Positions 23,901 to 33,681 of a DNA stretch of 64,000 nucleotides are shown piece after piece. The notes beneath the pieces are model-generated. The model saw only the letters and a program-made list of their open reading frames with translations. It ran no database searches and was not told the DNA's origin. Each line of letters starts with the position of its first letter. Within the stretch, counting starts at the first letter, position 1. The DNA is from Gemmatimonadota bacterium. GTDB lineage: Bacteria; JBHIER01; G020348925. The position numbers were made by a program, and so were the translations under genes. The stretch spans positions 4,649,775 through 4,713,774 of the forward strand of contig CP070758.1 in assembly GCA_020348925.1 (NCBI GenBank). Reading direction: 5' to 3'.

Positions 23901-25998
23901 CGATCCGATAATCCGCAATTGAAACCACAACCTCCGCCCCCTCACCGCCAAGGACCGTTTGATACGGCTTGAAATTATGTTTCGTGACGGTTATCCTGAC
24001 AGAATCGCCGATCTCCACGGACTGAGGAAGCGCGATCCGACCATCACCCCCGGTAAATCCGCCGGAGAGTATCTCTCCGCCCCTCGTCAAACTAACGTAC
24101 GCATCGCTCACAGGACGATTCATCGAATCCTTGACTTTCAGGTCCAAAACATTCACCCCAGATTCGATAACCGACGGATGTTCAACTGTTAAGAGCCGGG
24201 GAATGTCGGTCCACATGTCAAGCCCGGGATCACCGATCAAGGTATACATATAAAAATAACACTCCACCGAGTTCCAGGCGTGACCTGGTCCTCGGTTCAA
24301 CGGGTACTGGTTGTACAGCTCCGTCTTGGCCCGGGCTAAAGCCTGGCCCACAGTGAAGAGGGAGTCGTCGAAAACCCCGGAATAAAATCCACCATCCAGG
24401 ACATTATTAAAGTATACTTTCGTATTGCTCGCCGTAGGCCCGACAATGGCTATTCCCCCCTTAGGATTCAGGGGCGTTCCGGCCCGCAGCCACCCCTCAG
24501 CAACACAGTCGAACAGATAAAAAGATGCCTGAGTACACGTCATATCAGTAATGACAGGCAGCATGAATCCGTTCTGCAACCTGTAGATGTTATAAAGATC
24601 AACATAGGAAGCCCACCCCCCCCACATTGCAATGCCGCGGTAGTTCACAAAGGAAACCCCTGAATTCAACACGGTTGAGATAAACCCCACATCACATTCG
24701 GACACTGAATACGTAAACGATGTATCAACCTGAACAAAGCCATTATCGAAGAGCTTGTCCCTCACCCACAGTTTCGTTGTTCTCGACGAAGCGTTCCCCT
24801 CAAAGTTACACACCATGAGCGCTCTCTTGTACCAATCCGTTTGTCCCATGTATGGCTCCCTCTCGTAGGAGACAATCTTGTTGACGACCGTCCGCACTTC
24901 TTTCAGTGATGAGACCGAAAGCCGCCCCACGAAGACATCCGGAAAATAATCGTCTCCCTCGAGCAGACTGTAGGGATGATCCGTTGCATCCCATGGCCAG
25001 GAAGGAAACAGCATTCCCTCCATCTCGTCATAATACAAAAAGGTCGGCATGTCATCGTCACCCACCAGAATAACATACTCAAGCGGAACGGAAGAACGTG
25101 TATAATAGTCCTGGATATAACTGCGAATATGCTCGTTCGTGGGCAATGACCCTGTCGCTTGAAAGGATCCTATCTGTGACAGCATAACGACCTCGGTGTG
25201 ATAACCCTTCTGCCGTTTCCACTCCGCCAGAGGCTGCAATGCTTCAAAATAGTAATCAGGAGTTATGATGAGATATCCACCCCGCTCAATTTCGTCTGCT
25301 GAAGACGAATCGTAATTCAATATTGAACTTCGAAACAGTTTTTCAAAAGCTTCGGATGTGCCAGGACTGTCATGATGTCTCCTCGAGCCACCATTTCCCA
25401 GAGGTCTCAATACCACAGTAATATTCCGATACACCCTCAACTCCTCTCGAAGAGGATTGTACTGGACAGGATGTACGATAAGCGGCACGACTTCAAGATC
25501 ACGAATCCTTATCGGAGACCCGACCTCTACCACTGACTCCGGATAAAAAGAATCCCGGGTGTATATCTCCTCATCCAATGTGAAAGTATGTTTCCCCTTC
25601 CTTTCAAGCTCCTCCCCTCGACTCGGCCAAACTCGTATGTCACTTGCGGTCGAATAATCACCAGACCTAACCTCCACATCCACGGCTACGCCTCGCGGGA
25701 CAGCCACCAACCTCGCCAGCACAGGCAATTCCGGACGACCGGCTTCAGTCCTCCAGCCAGTCCGGGATATGCGGACCTTCTGATAGATGTGTCCTTCCCC
25801 AACCACATCCTCAATGACCGGCTCAGGAATCTCAACCGAGATCTCAATCCCACCATTATCCGCGGCCAATACCCGAAACTCCGGAACATCGCTCTCCAAT
25901 AAAAATCCGGCCCGAGAACCCGTACTGGGGATGAGGGCGAAAACTGCGCCCCACAGCCATACGCTCACCCCTCGGCAGACTCGCTTCAATTCGAACAT
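20920..25998 (-). CDS. Gingipain-like C25 family protein, paralog 2 with dockerin
   Basis: Same motifs as paralog 1. Start moved to the ATG at 25998 (MFELKR, GGGAG RBS, signal peptide follows). Confidence 0.9.
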   Translation of the reverse strand: MFELKRVCRGVSVWLWGAVFALIPSTGSRAGFLLESDVPEFRVLAADNGGIEISVEIPEPVIEDVVGEGHIYQKVRISRTGWRTEAGRPELPVLARLVAVPRGVAVDVEVRSGDYSTASDIRVWPSRGEELERKGKHTFTLDEEIYTRDSFYPESVVEVGSPIRIRDLEVVPLIVHPVQYNPLREELRVYRNITVVLRPLGNGGSRRHHDSPGTSEAFEKLFRSSILNYDSSSADEIERGGYLIITPDYYFEALQPLAEWKRQKGYHTEVVMLSQIGSFQATGSLPTNEHIRSYIQDYYTRSSVPLEYVILVGDDDMPTFLYYDEMEGMLFPSWPWDATDHPYSLLEGDDYFPDVFVGRLSVSSLKEVRTVVNKIVSYEREPYMGQTDWYKRALMVCNFEGNASSRTTKLWVRDKLFDNGFVQVDTSFTYSVSECDVGFISTVLNSGVSFVNYRGIAMWGGWASYVDLYNIYRLQNGFMLPVITDMTCTQASFYLFDCVAEGWLRAGTPLNPKGGIAIVGPTASNTKVYFNNVLDGGFYSGVFDDSLFTVGQALARAKTELYNQYPLNRGPGHAWNSVECYFYMYTLIGDPGLDMWTDIPRLLTVEHPSVIESGVNVLDLKVKDSMNRPVSDAYVSLTRGGEILSGGFTGGDGRIALPQSVEIGDSVRITVTKHNFKPYQTVLGGEGAEVVVSIADYRIDDDSSDGSSGDGDGRLNPGETVELSLSLKNSGIGETAFSVSATFAIDDRYATVLEEFVQFGAISPGDSVWGQGDYVFSVRHDCPDGHELVLSLEATDSNGNEWNDFLRIGVAAPAFSLEEVVIEDAHQVLPNGRLDPGETAHLVVTIANEGRKPGENVEATLRTIDSNITLVDSTAFWGNMPLGTEATNSDDPFLISADLMTFSGHRAQFVLVLESNVGMRDEIVLSISIGNISSSDPVGPDAYGYFAFDSNDWSYFEKPLYEWFEIDPSLGGSGTLFNFVDEPGLDSTFYDHPQGDTEVLPLPFTFRYYGQSYDTISVCSNGWLSMGSTWMTNFRNWGIPAVLNPPCLIAPFWDDLYVGDGSVTYYYDAPKHRFCVEWSGVHNDYDDALETFQVFLFDPAYYRSDTGDGEILFQYHTVNNSDYAWNFATVGIASPDKQSGLGYTYAGQYAPGAMELHNGLAIKFKTGRHRPESPSLGYYGCHLDDDAYGRSSGDGDGIVDAGERIELALRVINHGQENAEGITALLRSADLKVSVQDSLKSFPNITPGDTARSEGPFVIEIATVCEDGHTIDFVLETRTGGSFCSLTNFDIEVAAPVIVHETFTLNVIEGDEDDRIESGETWEFYVNLQNIGGDQATGVSAVLTIDDAYVTLLNDTVSFLNIPPQAACENSDDPFLFRIDDETPYHNRSFDLSVSSNSNHYSTVLSFEIVIERADILLVDDDGGDGCEVYYLDALNRQGRSYEVYERSVQGAPGVSMLRDYWAIIWFTGSERESTLTVFDQECLEAYLDEGGNLFVSGQNIASDLSGSSFLLEYMHAELVADSSGVIWVEGVAGNPITGDLGLLSLATGNYGADNQDSPDEIEPLGGANPLLTYYGTENPAALRYRNGYGLVYYAVGFESLIEFYDVANAYAMRSEMLGRILDWFEVEPRIGDVNEDGAVNILDIVRMINIILAIEGDPTEYQVWASDCTGDGQVNILDVVGIVNVILGIRR

Positions 25999-28900
25999 GA
26001 GCCAACTCCCAAGATAACATTCACGATCCCCACCACATCCAATACATCCACACCACCATCCCCATTGCAATCCGATGCCCACATGTGATATTCCGTCGGA
26101 TTTGATTCAAGGGTCAAAATGATGTTGACCGTCTTTACGATATCCAAAATATTCACCGCACCATCCTCATTCACATCCCCCACCTGGGGCTCAAAACGAA
26201 ACCAGTTGAGGATCCGCCGGAGCATATCGACCCTCAAGGCATCGCCGCCGGCCACATCGTAGAAATCGACGATCGATTCAAATCCCACGGCGAAATAGAC
26301 TACCCTGTAGTCGTTGAGATATCGAAGAGCCGCGCTGTAGTCTGACTGGAAGTATTTGAAAATGGGGCATGCTCCTTCCAGAGGCTGAACCGCATCAGGA
26401 CTGTTCTGGTTGTTCGCACCATAGTCTCCGCTGGCCAGGGACAGCAGACCGTAGGTGCCTGTGATGGGATCTCCGGCCGCCCCATTCATCAAATTATTAC
26501 CGCTGCTGTCAGCGACAAATTCGGCACGCACATAATCCCTCAGGAACGCCGACGCCCGTAAATCGGAAGCGATGTTTTGTCCGCTTAAAAAGAGGCTGCC
26601 GCCGTTGTCGAGAAAGAGACCGAGCCACAGCTGATCTGCGGGTGTGAGCGTTGAATCGCGCTGGTTCCCCGTAAACCAGATGACGGTCTCATATTCGTCA
26701 ACCAGCGAGGGATCGAGTGGACCCCCTCTCAACCTGTCATGATACCTGAAAATCGGGTCCAAGACATCCAGTGGATCCGTGTAGAATTGCTTGATGAATC
26801 CCCCACCGTCACTATTGACAAGCAGAATATTCTCCCTTCCGACTTCGAGCTCAAAGCGAACGACGGTTTCGTACCGGCCATTATTGGAGTCCAGGGACAG
26901 ATCGAAGGAGGCATGATGGTACGGGGTCTCCTCGCTCAGGGTGAAGACAAAGGGTCCGGCTGCATTCGTGCAGACCGCATGGACCCCAGCTTCCGGGAAG
27001 AGGGCGGTATCCTCAATGAGGGTGATATGCACATCCTCTGTGGACAATACACCCCAAATATCCGTCGCCTCTTCATCACCTATATTCTGGAGGCTGATCT
27101 GCAACTCGCAGGTCTCCCCTGACTCGACCCTGCTATCCCCATCACCGAAACTTACCCCGACACTGTCATCGTCTGCGACACAACCGTAGAAATTAAGATA
27201 CGGCCCTTGAGGAAGAGGCTTCCCGGTAGTAAACTTTATCGATAGGCCGTCCCTCAGGTCGCCCGCCCCAGGAGCGTTTTGCCCGGCATAGGTATACTCC
27301 ACGCCGCTTTTTTTGCCCGGAGCCTCTATACCCACTGTGGCATAGTTAAAGGCATAATCACTATTCTTCACCGTATGATACTGAAAGAGGATCTCGCCGT
27401 CACCGGAAACCGTTTGATGAAATGAAGGATCATAGAGGATGACCTGAAAGGTCTCAGGGGCATCGTCATAGTCATTGAACACCCTGCTCCACTCCACAAC
27501 AAACCTGTGCCCTGGCGCATCATAATAATAGGCCACATGCCCATCGCCCATATACAGATCATCCCAGAACGGAGCGATCAGACACGGCGGGCTGAGGGTC
27601 GCCGGAATGGACCAGTTCCGAAAGTTCGTCATCCATGTCGATCCCATGGAGAGCCAACCGTTCGAGCATACGGCGATCCGGTCGTACGTTCCGCCATAAA
27701 AGACAAAGGAGAAAGGCAGCGGCAGTACCTCCGTATCTCCCTGAGGATAGTAAGGGATATATCCCCACGGTGGTCCGGGTGGCGGTGCTGGTTCATCGAC
27801 AAGACTCACAAGGGTTCCGGAACCACCGTAAGACGGATCGATTTCAACCCACTCGTATTGGGGGCTGTCGTAATAGCGCAGGTCGCTGTTATCGTATGCG
27901 AAATATCCGTAGGAATCCGGTCCTGTGGGATCTGCTGATGTCTGGGTTCCCACGGTCAACGACAGGATTTCCGTATCCATCATCCCTGAATTGCTCTCCA
28001 GATGCAGGGAAAATTGAGCCTGATGTCCGAAGAACATGATCGGATCGGCTGAGATGACGAAGGGGTCATTCGAATGATCAGCCTGACCTCCTCTGGGGAT
28101 GAACCCGAAGTCGGCCGTTGAATCGAGCACGGCGATATCCGGGTCAGTTGCTCTGAGTGTTGCGTGCGTGTTATTTCCGGCTTTTCCTCCCTCGTTGTTG
28201 AGGGTCACGGTGAGTCGAACAGTCTCGCCAGGATCGAGCTGGCCATTGGGTAGTGCTTGGTCGGAATCCGCAATCATGAGGTTCCCGAGAGAAAAGTCCG
28301 GGGCTTCCACCAACACCTCCACAACGTCGCTCCAGAAAGAACCATCTCCATCAGTGATCTTTACGGAAAAAGCAAGCTCATGCCCGTCGGGACAATCCGG
28401 AGAGACTGCAAGAACAAACGCCTCCTGACCCCACACTGTCTGCGCCGGTGAAATGCTCCCAAAACTCGCCACGCCCTCACTAACAGCGACATAGGGATCA
28501 TCGCTCGCGATCTCTGCAGTCACCGAGGAGGCCGTCTGGCTTGTGCCCACATTCCGGAGGGACAGAGCCAATTCAATTATCTCACCGGGGTTGACAGTAC
28601 CATCACCGTCACCCAAACTTTGGTCGGACGAATCGTCATCGATGAGGCGGTCCGAGAGGGCAACACAAACCGGTGCTTGCTCGGCAGGGATGAGGGCTTG
28701 ATAGGGTTTGAAGTTATGCTTCGTAACGGTTGCGGTAACGATGTCGTCTGCCCCGACGGGGAGGGGCAGACGAACCTTCCCGTCCGATCCGGTGAACCCT
28801 CCGGAGAGAATGTGCCCCTCCCCGGTCAGACAGACATACGCACCACGAATGGGCTGTTGGCCACCATCTTCAACCGTTAGACTGATCTGATTGGAGCCGA

Positions 28901-30707
28901 CCGCAATTTTCGAGGGATGTTCCACATGAAAAGACTGAGGGCTATCCGTCCACATCTCAAGTCCGGGATCCCCCATCAAGGTGTACATGTAAAAGTAGCA
29001 TTCCACTGAATTGTGGGCGTGACCAGGGCCTCTGTTGAGCGGGTACTGCATGTAGAGCTCCATTTTGGCCCGGGCCAGAGCCTGGCCCGGGGTAGAGAGG
29101 GAATCGTCAAAGACCCCAGCATAAAAGCCCCCATCCAGAGCGTTGTTGAAATACCCTTTCGTATTGATCGCCGTGGGGCCCATGACGGCCACAGCCCCTC
29201 TCGGGCTGAGGACCGACCCGGCCCGCAGCCACGCCTCCGCCGGACAGTTGAAATAAAAGGCCGCAGACCGGCAGACAAAATCGGTGATCACCGGAAGCAT
29301 AAATCCGTTGTTGAGCGCGTCAATATTATTGTAGTTATCCGGTGAGGTCCATCCGCCCCAATCCAGCTCCCCACGATAATTGATATATGACACCCCTGAA
29401 TTTATTACAGAGGAAATGAACCCGACATCACAATCCAGCATATTGAATGTGAACGACGTATCAACCTGCGTGAAGCCGTTATCCAGCATCTTCTCCCCGA
29501 TCCAGAGGTTTATCGTTCTGGCGGATGCAATGCCTCCATAGTTGCACACCAGGAGGGCGCTCTTATACCACTCTGTCTGTCCCACATACGGGTCCCGTTC
29601 ATAGGATACGATTTTATTCACAACCGTGTGCATCTCGTTCACGGAGGAGACGGAGAGCCGTCCCACAAACACGTCCGGAAAATAATCATCCCCATCCAGC
29701 ATGCTGTATGGATGATCGGCGGCATCCCACGGGCCGAGGGGGCTGTAGTTCTCTTCCATTTCATCGTAATAGAAAAAGGTCGGGAGTTCCGCAACATCGC
29801 CTACGAGAACCACGTACTCGAGGGGTACTGCAGATTGCGCGTAATAATTCATTATATAATTTCGAATTTCATCATTATCAGGATTCGCCCCTATCTGCGA
29901 CAACCTCACCACTTCCGTATGATGCCCTTTCTGCCGCTTCCACTCAACGAGAGGCTGCAAAGCCTCATAATAGATGTCAGGCGTGACGATGAGGTATCCT
30001 CCCCGGACGAGCTCCTGAGATGACGAGGGGGCATGATAATTCAAAACCGAACTCCGATAGAACTTCTCAAAGGCTTCCGGAATTGCTGTGTTCGAGACAT
30101 GTCCTCCTTGAACGTGCACCTTGACTCTGAGACTCCTCACGATCTTCAACTCCCCCCGAACCGGGTTATACTGAACGGGATGAATGATGAGGGGAATGAC
30201 ACACAGATCCCGAATCCTGAACGGAGAGCCAACCTCTACAACCGAATCCGGATAAAAAGAATCCCGCCCGTATACTTCCTCGTTCATTATGAAAGAACTC
30301 CCGATCCTCTTATCTACCCGCTCCTCTTGACAGGGCCACAACCGGATATCGCTCCGGACCGAGTATTCGCGCTCACGCACCTCGACATCCGCAGGGATTC
30401 CTCGCGGGACTGCCACCAGCCTGGCAAGAACAGGCAACTCCGGACAACCGGCCTCATTGCTCCAACCAGCCTCGGCTATGCGTATCTTTCGATAGGTTCG
30501 CCCGCCTTCAACGACATCCTCAATCAACGGTTCAGGAACCACAATCGATATCTCAGTCCCCGCACCCTCCGAAACCAGTACATGAAATTCCGGAACATCG
30601 CTCTCCCGAAACAATTCAGCCCAGGAACCCACACTGAGAAGAAATACCCCCACGACGCTGATAAGAATGCAATGCCTTTTCCGACAGACGCCCTTTAATC
30701 CGCACAT
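25986..30707 (-). CDS. Gingipain-like C25 family protein, paralog 3 with dockerin (one Ig-like module shorter)
   Basis: Same motif set; 1573 aa. Confidence 0.9.
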   Translation of the reverse strand: MCGLKGVCRKRHCILISVVGVFLLSVGSWAELFRESDVPEFHVLVSEGAGTEISIVVPEPLIEDVVEGGRTYRKIRIAEAGWSNEAGCPELPVLARLVAVPRGIPADVEVREREYSVRSDIRLWPCQEERVDKRIGSSFIMNEEVYGRDSFYPDSVVEVGSPFRIRDLCVIPLIIHPVQYNPVRGELKIVRSLRVKVHVQGGHVSNTAIPEAFEKFYRSSVLNYHAPSSSQELVRGGYLIVTPDIYYEALQPLVEWKRQKGHHTEVVRLSQIGANPDNDEIRNYIMNYYAQSAVPLEYVVLVGDVAELPTFFYYDEMEENYSPLGPWDAADHPYSMLDGDDYFPDVFVGRLSVSSVNEMHTVVNKIVSYERDPYVGQTEWYKSALLVCNYGGIASARTINLWIGEKMLDNGFTQVDTSFTFNMLDCDVGFISSVINSGVSYINYRGELDWGGWTSPDNYNNIDALNNGFMLPVITDFVCRSAAFYFNCPAEAWLRAGSVLSPRGAVAVMGPTAINTKGYFNNALDGGFYAGVFDDSLSTPGQALARAKMELYMQYPLNRGPGHAHNSVECYFYMYTLMGDPGLEMWTDSPQSFHVEHPSKIAVGSNQISLTVEDGGQQPIRGAYVCLTGEGHILSGGFTGSDGKVRLPLPVGADDIVTATVTKHNFKPYQALIPAEQAPVCVALSDRLIDDDSSDQSLGDGDGTVNPGEIIELALSLRNVGTSQTASSVTAEIASDDPYVAVSEGVASFGSISPAQTVWGQEAFVLAVSPDCPDGHELAFSVKITDGDGSFWSDVVEVLVEAPDFSLGNLMIADSDQALPNGQLDPGETVRLTVTLNNEGGKAGNNTHATLRATDPDIAVLDSTADFGFIPRGGQADHSNDPFVISADPIMFFGHQAQFSLHLESNSGMMDTEILSLTVGTQTSADPTGPDSYGYFAYDNSDLRYYDSPQYEWVEIDPSYGGSGTLVSLVDEPAPPPGPPWGYIPYYPQGDTEVLPLPFSFVFYGGTYDRIAVCSNGWLSMGSTWMTNFRNWSIPATLSPPCLIAPFWDDLYMGDGHVAYYYDAPGHRFVVEWSRVFNDYDDAPETFQVILYDPSFHQTVSGDGEILFQYHTVKNSDYAFNYATVGIEAPGKKSGVEYTYAGQNAPGAGDLRDGLSIKFTTGKPLPQGPYLNFYGCVADDDSVGVSFGDGDSRVESGETCELQISLQNIGDEEATDIWGVLSTEDVHITLIEDTALFPEAGVHAVCTNAAGPFVFTLSEETPYHHASFDLSLDSNNGRYETVVRFELEVGRENILLVNSDGGGFIKQFYTDPLDVLDPIFRYHDRLRGGPLDPSLVDEYETVIWFTGNQRDSTLTPADQLWLGLFLDNGGSLFLSGQNIASDLRASAFLRDYVRAEFVADSSGNNLMNGAAGDPITGTYGLLSLASGDYGANNQNSPDAVQPLEGACPIFKYFQSDYSAALRYLNDYRVVYFAVGFESIVDFYDVAGGDALRVDMLRRILNWFRFEPQVGDVNEDGAVNILDIVKTVNIILTLESNPTEYHMWASDCNGDGGVDVLDVVGIVNVILGVGSCSN

Positions 30708-33349
30708 GTACCAACTCCCAAGATAACATTCACAATACCCACGACATCCAGGATATTCACCTGACTATCCCCGGTGCAATCCGACGTCCACACCTGATAC
30801 TCCGTCGGATCCTCCTCAATAGCCAGTATGATGTTGATTACTCGCACGATGTCCAATATGTTTATCGCTCCGTCCTCATTCGCATCTCCAATTTGAGGCT
30901 CAACTTCGAACCAATGCAATATCCGTCCCAACATCTCGGCACGCATGGCAAAGGCGTTGGCCACATTATAAAACTCGAGCACCGATTCAAATCCAAACGC
31001 ATAATAGACAACCCTGTACTCCCCTGTGTAGCGAAGAGCCGCGACATCACCGGTACCATAATACGTAAAGACAGGAGTCGATCCTGCCACACACACAACC
31101 TCATCCGGGCTATCCTGATTGTTCGCTCCGTAGTCCCCACTGGCCAATGACAGCAAATCATACCCTCCTGAGATCGGATCACCTGATACCCCTTCAACCC
31201 ATATCACCTCACTGTTGTCGGCCCCAAACTCAGCATGCAAAAACTCCCCTAAAAACGATGTGCCCGTGAGATCAGAGGCGATGTTCTGACCACTCACAAA
31301 CAGGTTTCCGCCGGCATTACAATACTCCCTCAAACCCTCCTGATCAGAAACCGTCAACGTCGACTCTCGCTCAGCCCCCGTGAACCATATCACCCCCCAG
31401 TAATCGCCAAGTACCGAAATACTCAGCTCGCCCTCAGCCAGCCTGTCGTATACCTCATAACTTCTCCCCTGACCATCCAAAGCACTCATATAGTAAACCT
31501 CGCACCCTTCTCCACCGTCATCATCCACAAGCAACAGATCCGGGCGCCCAACCACAAGCTCACCACTGAGCACGGTGGTATAAAAATCATTGTTGGCAAA
31601 CAGAGACAGCTCGAGAGAAACGGGATGATACGACGCCCCGGCCCCGACACTGAACACAAAGGGACTCGACTCGTTGGTCCGTGCAGAATCGGCAGCCATG
31701 TCCGGAAAGTCCGCCGCCTCTTCAATGATGGTCAAATACTCATCATCCGTCGACACTATTCCCCACACATCGATCGCCTGACCGCCGCCGACGTTCTCAA
31801 GGGTGACGACCAATTCCCACGTCTCCCCGGATTCAGGTCTGTCATCCCCGTCACCCTGAACCTCTGTGAGCGAACCGTCCGCAACGACGAGAGTGGGGGC
31901 AACCACTTCGAGATCGAGATAGGTGTACGCGGGAGGTACTCCAGATATGTGCGTCTCCAGCGCAAACTCGATGATGTGTCCATTCTCGCAATCCCCAGCA
32001 ATCGAAACAATATAAGGCTCTTCACCAAAAGCCGCATCCCCGGGGGCAATATTCGGAAAACTCCGCACACCGCTCTCAATCGTCACGCTGGCATCCGAAG
32101 TTCCCAATTCGGCCGTCACTCCCTGGGCCTCCTCCTCTCCAAAGTTGATCAATCGCAGGCGCAACGCAACCCGCTCGCCTGCATCCACCAATCCATCACC
32201 ATCACCGGAACTTCCGCCCATGCCATCATCGTTCATCTGCAAATCATAGTAGTTCAAATACGGTCCTTCCGGCAAGAGACGACCCGTCGTAAACCTGATC
32301 GCCGTACCATCCTCCAATTCCCTCGCCCCCGGTGAATACAAGCCAGTGTAAGTATATTCCACCCCTCCCCTTTTATCCGGCGACTCGATACCCACAGTGG
32401 CAAAATTCCAGGCGTAATCACTGTTGCTCACTTCATGATACTGGAACAGGATCTCACCATCGCCGGTGACCGTCGGATAATGGGCAGGATCGTGCAAGAT
32501 CACCTCGAAGGTCTCCACCGCATCGTCATAATCGTTGTACACACGGCTCCACTCCACGACAAACCTGTGCCCGGACGCATCGTAATAAAAGGCCACGTTC
32601 CCGTCACCCATGTACAAATCATCCCAGAAAGGGGCAATAATGTTCGGCGGACTGAGCACCGCCGGCAGGGACCAGTTCCGAAAGTCCGTCATCCACGTCG
32701 CCCCCATGGAGAGCCATCCGTTTGAACAGACGGAAATCTCATCGTAGGTACCTCCATAATAGCGAAAGGTGAAGGGCAAATCCAGCACCTCCGTATCACC
32801 TTGATAATAATCGGCCCAATCCCCTTGTTCAGGCAGCGGTTCATCAACGAAGCTCAATACGGTCCCGGAGCCACCATACTCAGGATCTATCTCGAACCAC
32901 GCGTAGGCAGGACGATCGTAGTAGCGCCAGTCCCCGTTATCGTACGCCATATATCCGTAGGAATCCGGCCCCGTGGGATCCGAGGGGGATGGAACACCAA
33001 CGGGCAGAGAAAAGGTCTGTGTATCCCGCATCCCCGAATCGCTCTCGAGATACAGGGTGAATTGAGCTTGATGTCCCGAATACGTTCTGAGATTTGCGGA
33101 GACGATAAAAGGATCATCCCCATTCGATCCGTGGGACCCGATGGAAATTGATCCGAAGTCCGCAGCGTGATCGATGAGATCAATATCTGGGTCGGACGTA
33201 CTCAGGATCCCCCGGATATTTTCTCCATCCTTGTCCCCCTCATTCCGAAGAGTCATCACCAACTGAACTGTCTCACCGGGATCGAGCAGGCCGTTGGGGG
33301 ACATCTGATCGGAATCTTCTATCTGAACGTCCGACTGAACAAAATCCGG
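30695..33349 (-). CDS. Gingipain-like paralog 4, C-terminal half with dockerin (5' part lost in the gap)
   Basis: Frame is open to the gap (PDFVQSDVQIEDSDQMSPNGLLDPGE) and collinear with the C-terminal halves of paralogs 1-3. Its C25 domain is not visible. Confidence 0.85.
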   Translation of the reverse strand, partial: PDFVQSDVQIEDSDQMSPNGLLDPGETVQLVMTLRNEGDKDGENIRGILSTSDPDIDLIDHAADFGSISIGSHGSNGDDPFIVSANLRTYSGHQAQFTLYLESDSGMRDTQTFSLPVGVPSPSDPTGPDSYGYMAYDNGDWRYYDRPAYAWFEIDPEYGGSGTVLSFVDEPLPEQGDWADYYQGDTEVLDLPFTFRYYGGTYDEISVCSNGWLSMGATWMTDFRNWSLPAVLSPPNIIAPFWDDLYMGDGNVAFYYDASGHRFVVEWSRVYNDYDDAVETFEVILHDPAHYPTVTGDGEILFQYHEVSNSDYAWNFATVGIESPDKRGGVEYTYTGLYSPGARELEDGTAIRFTTGRLLPEGPYLNYYDLQMNDDGMGGSSGDGDGLVDAGERVALRLRLINFGEEEAQGVTAELGTSDASVTIESGVRSFPNIAPGDAAFGEEPYIVSIAGDCENGHIIEFALETHISGVPPAYTYLDLEVVAPTLVVADGSLTEVQGDGDDRPESGETWELVVTLENVGGGQAIDVWGIVSTDDEYLTIIEEAADFPDMAADSARTNESSPFVFSVGAGASYHPVSLELSLFANNDFYTTVLSGELVVGRPDLLLVDDDGGEGCEVYYMSALDGQGRSYEVYDRLAEGELSISVLGDYWGVIWFTGAERESTLTVSDQEGLREYCNAGGNLFVSGQNIASDLTGTSFLGEFLHAEFGADNSEVIWVEGVSGDPISGGYDLLSLASGDYGANNQDSPDEVVCVAGSTPVFTYYGTGDVAALRYTGEYRVVYYAFGFESVLEFYNVANAFAMRAEMLGRILHWFEVEPQIGDANEDGAINILDIVRVINIILAIEEDPTEYQVWTSDCTGDSQVNILDVVGIVNVILGVGTCAD

Positions 33350-33449
33350 NNNNNNNNNNNNNNNNNNNNNNNNNNNNNNNNNNNNNNNNNNNNNNNNNNN
33401 NNNNNNNNNNNNNNNNNNNNNNNNNNNNNNNNNNNNNNNNNNNNNNNNN
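33350..33449. other. Assembly gap (100 N)
   Basis: Run of N; flanking genes are truncated and on opposite strands. Confidence 1.
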
Positions 33450-33572
33450 AATCAAGCAGCCGGTTTCCATTCGATCCAGTGGAATGCTTCGGATTTAGCC
33501 AGCGGAGTCTATTTCTACAGACTTGAGGCTGGTGAATTCGTGGCCACAAAGAAGATGTTATTGTTAAAGTGA
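33450..33572 (+). CDS. C-terminal fragment of a T9SS type A sorting-domain protein
   Basis: Manual translation NQAAGFHSIQWNASDLASGVYFYRLEAGEFVATKKMLLLK*. Absent from the ORF track. Confidence 0.88.
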   Translation, partial: NQAAGFHSIQWNASDLASGVYFYRLEAGEFVATKKMLLLK

Positions 33573-33681
33573 TTTCTGTGATTCTTGGGGAAATCTAACA
33601 ATAATCAAGGTTCACCTTCACCAAGTCCTAAATTGTGTTGAGCAGTGTATCTCTGTTCACCAATGGATTCTCCAGGCACTA

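Noticed and set aside
25999-26082. 28-aa N-terminal extension of C25 paralog 2 in the ORF track
   Set aside because: It overlaps the upstream dockerin out of frame; the RBS and signal peptide fit the ATG at 25998.
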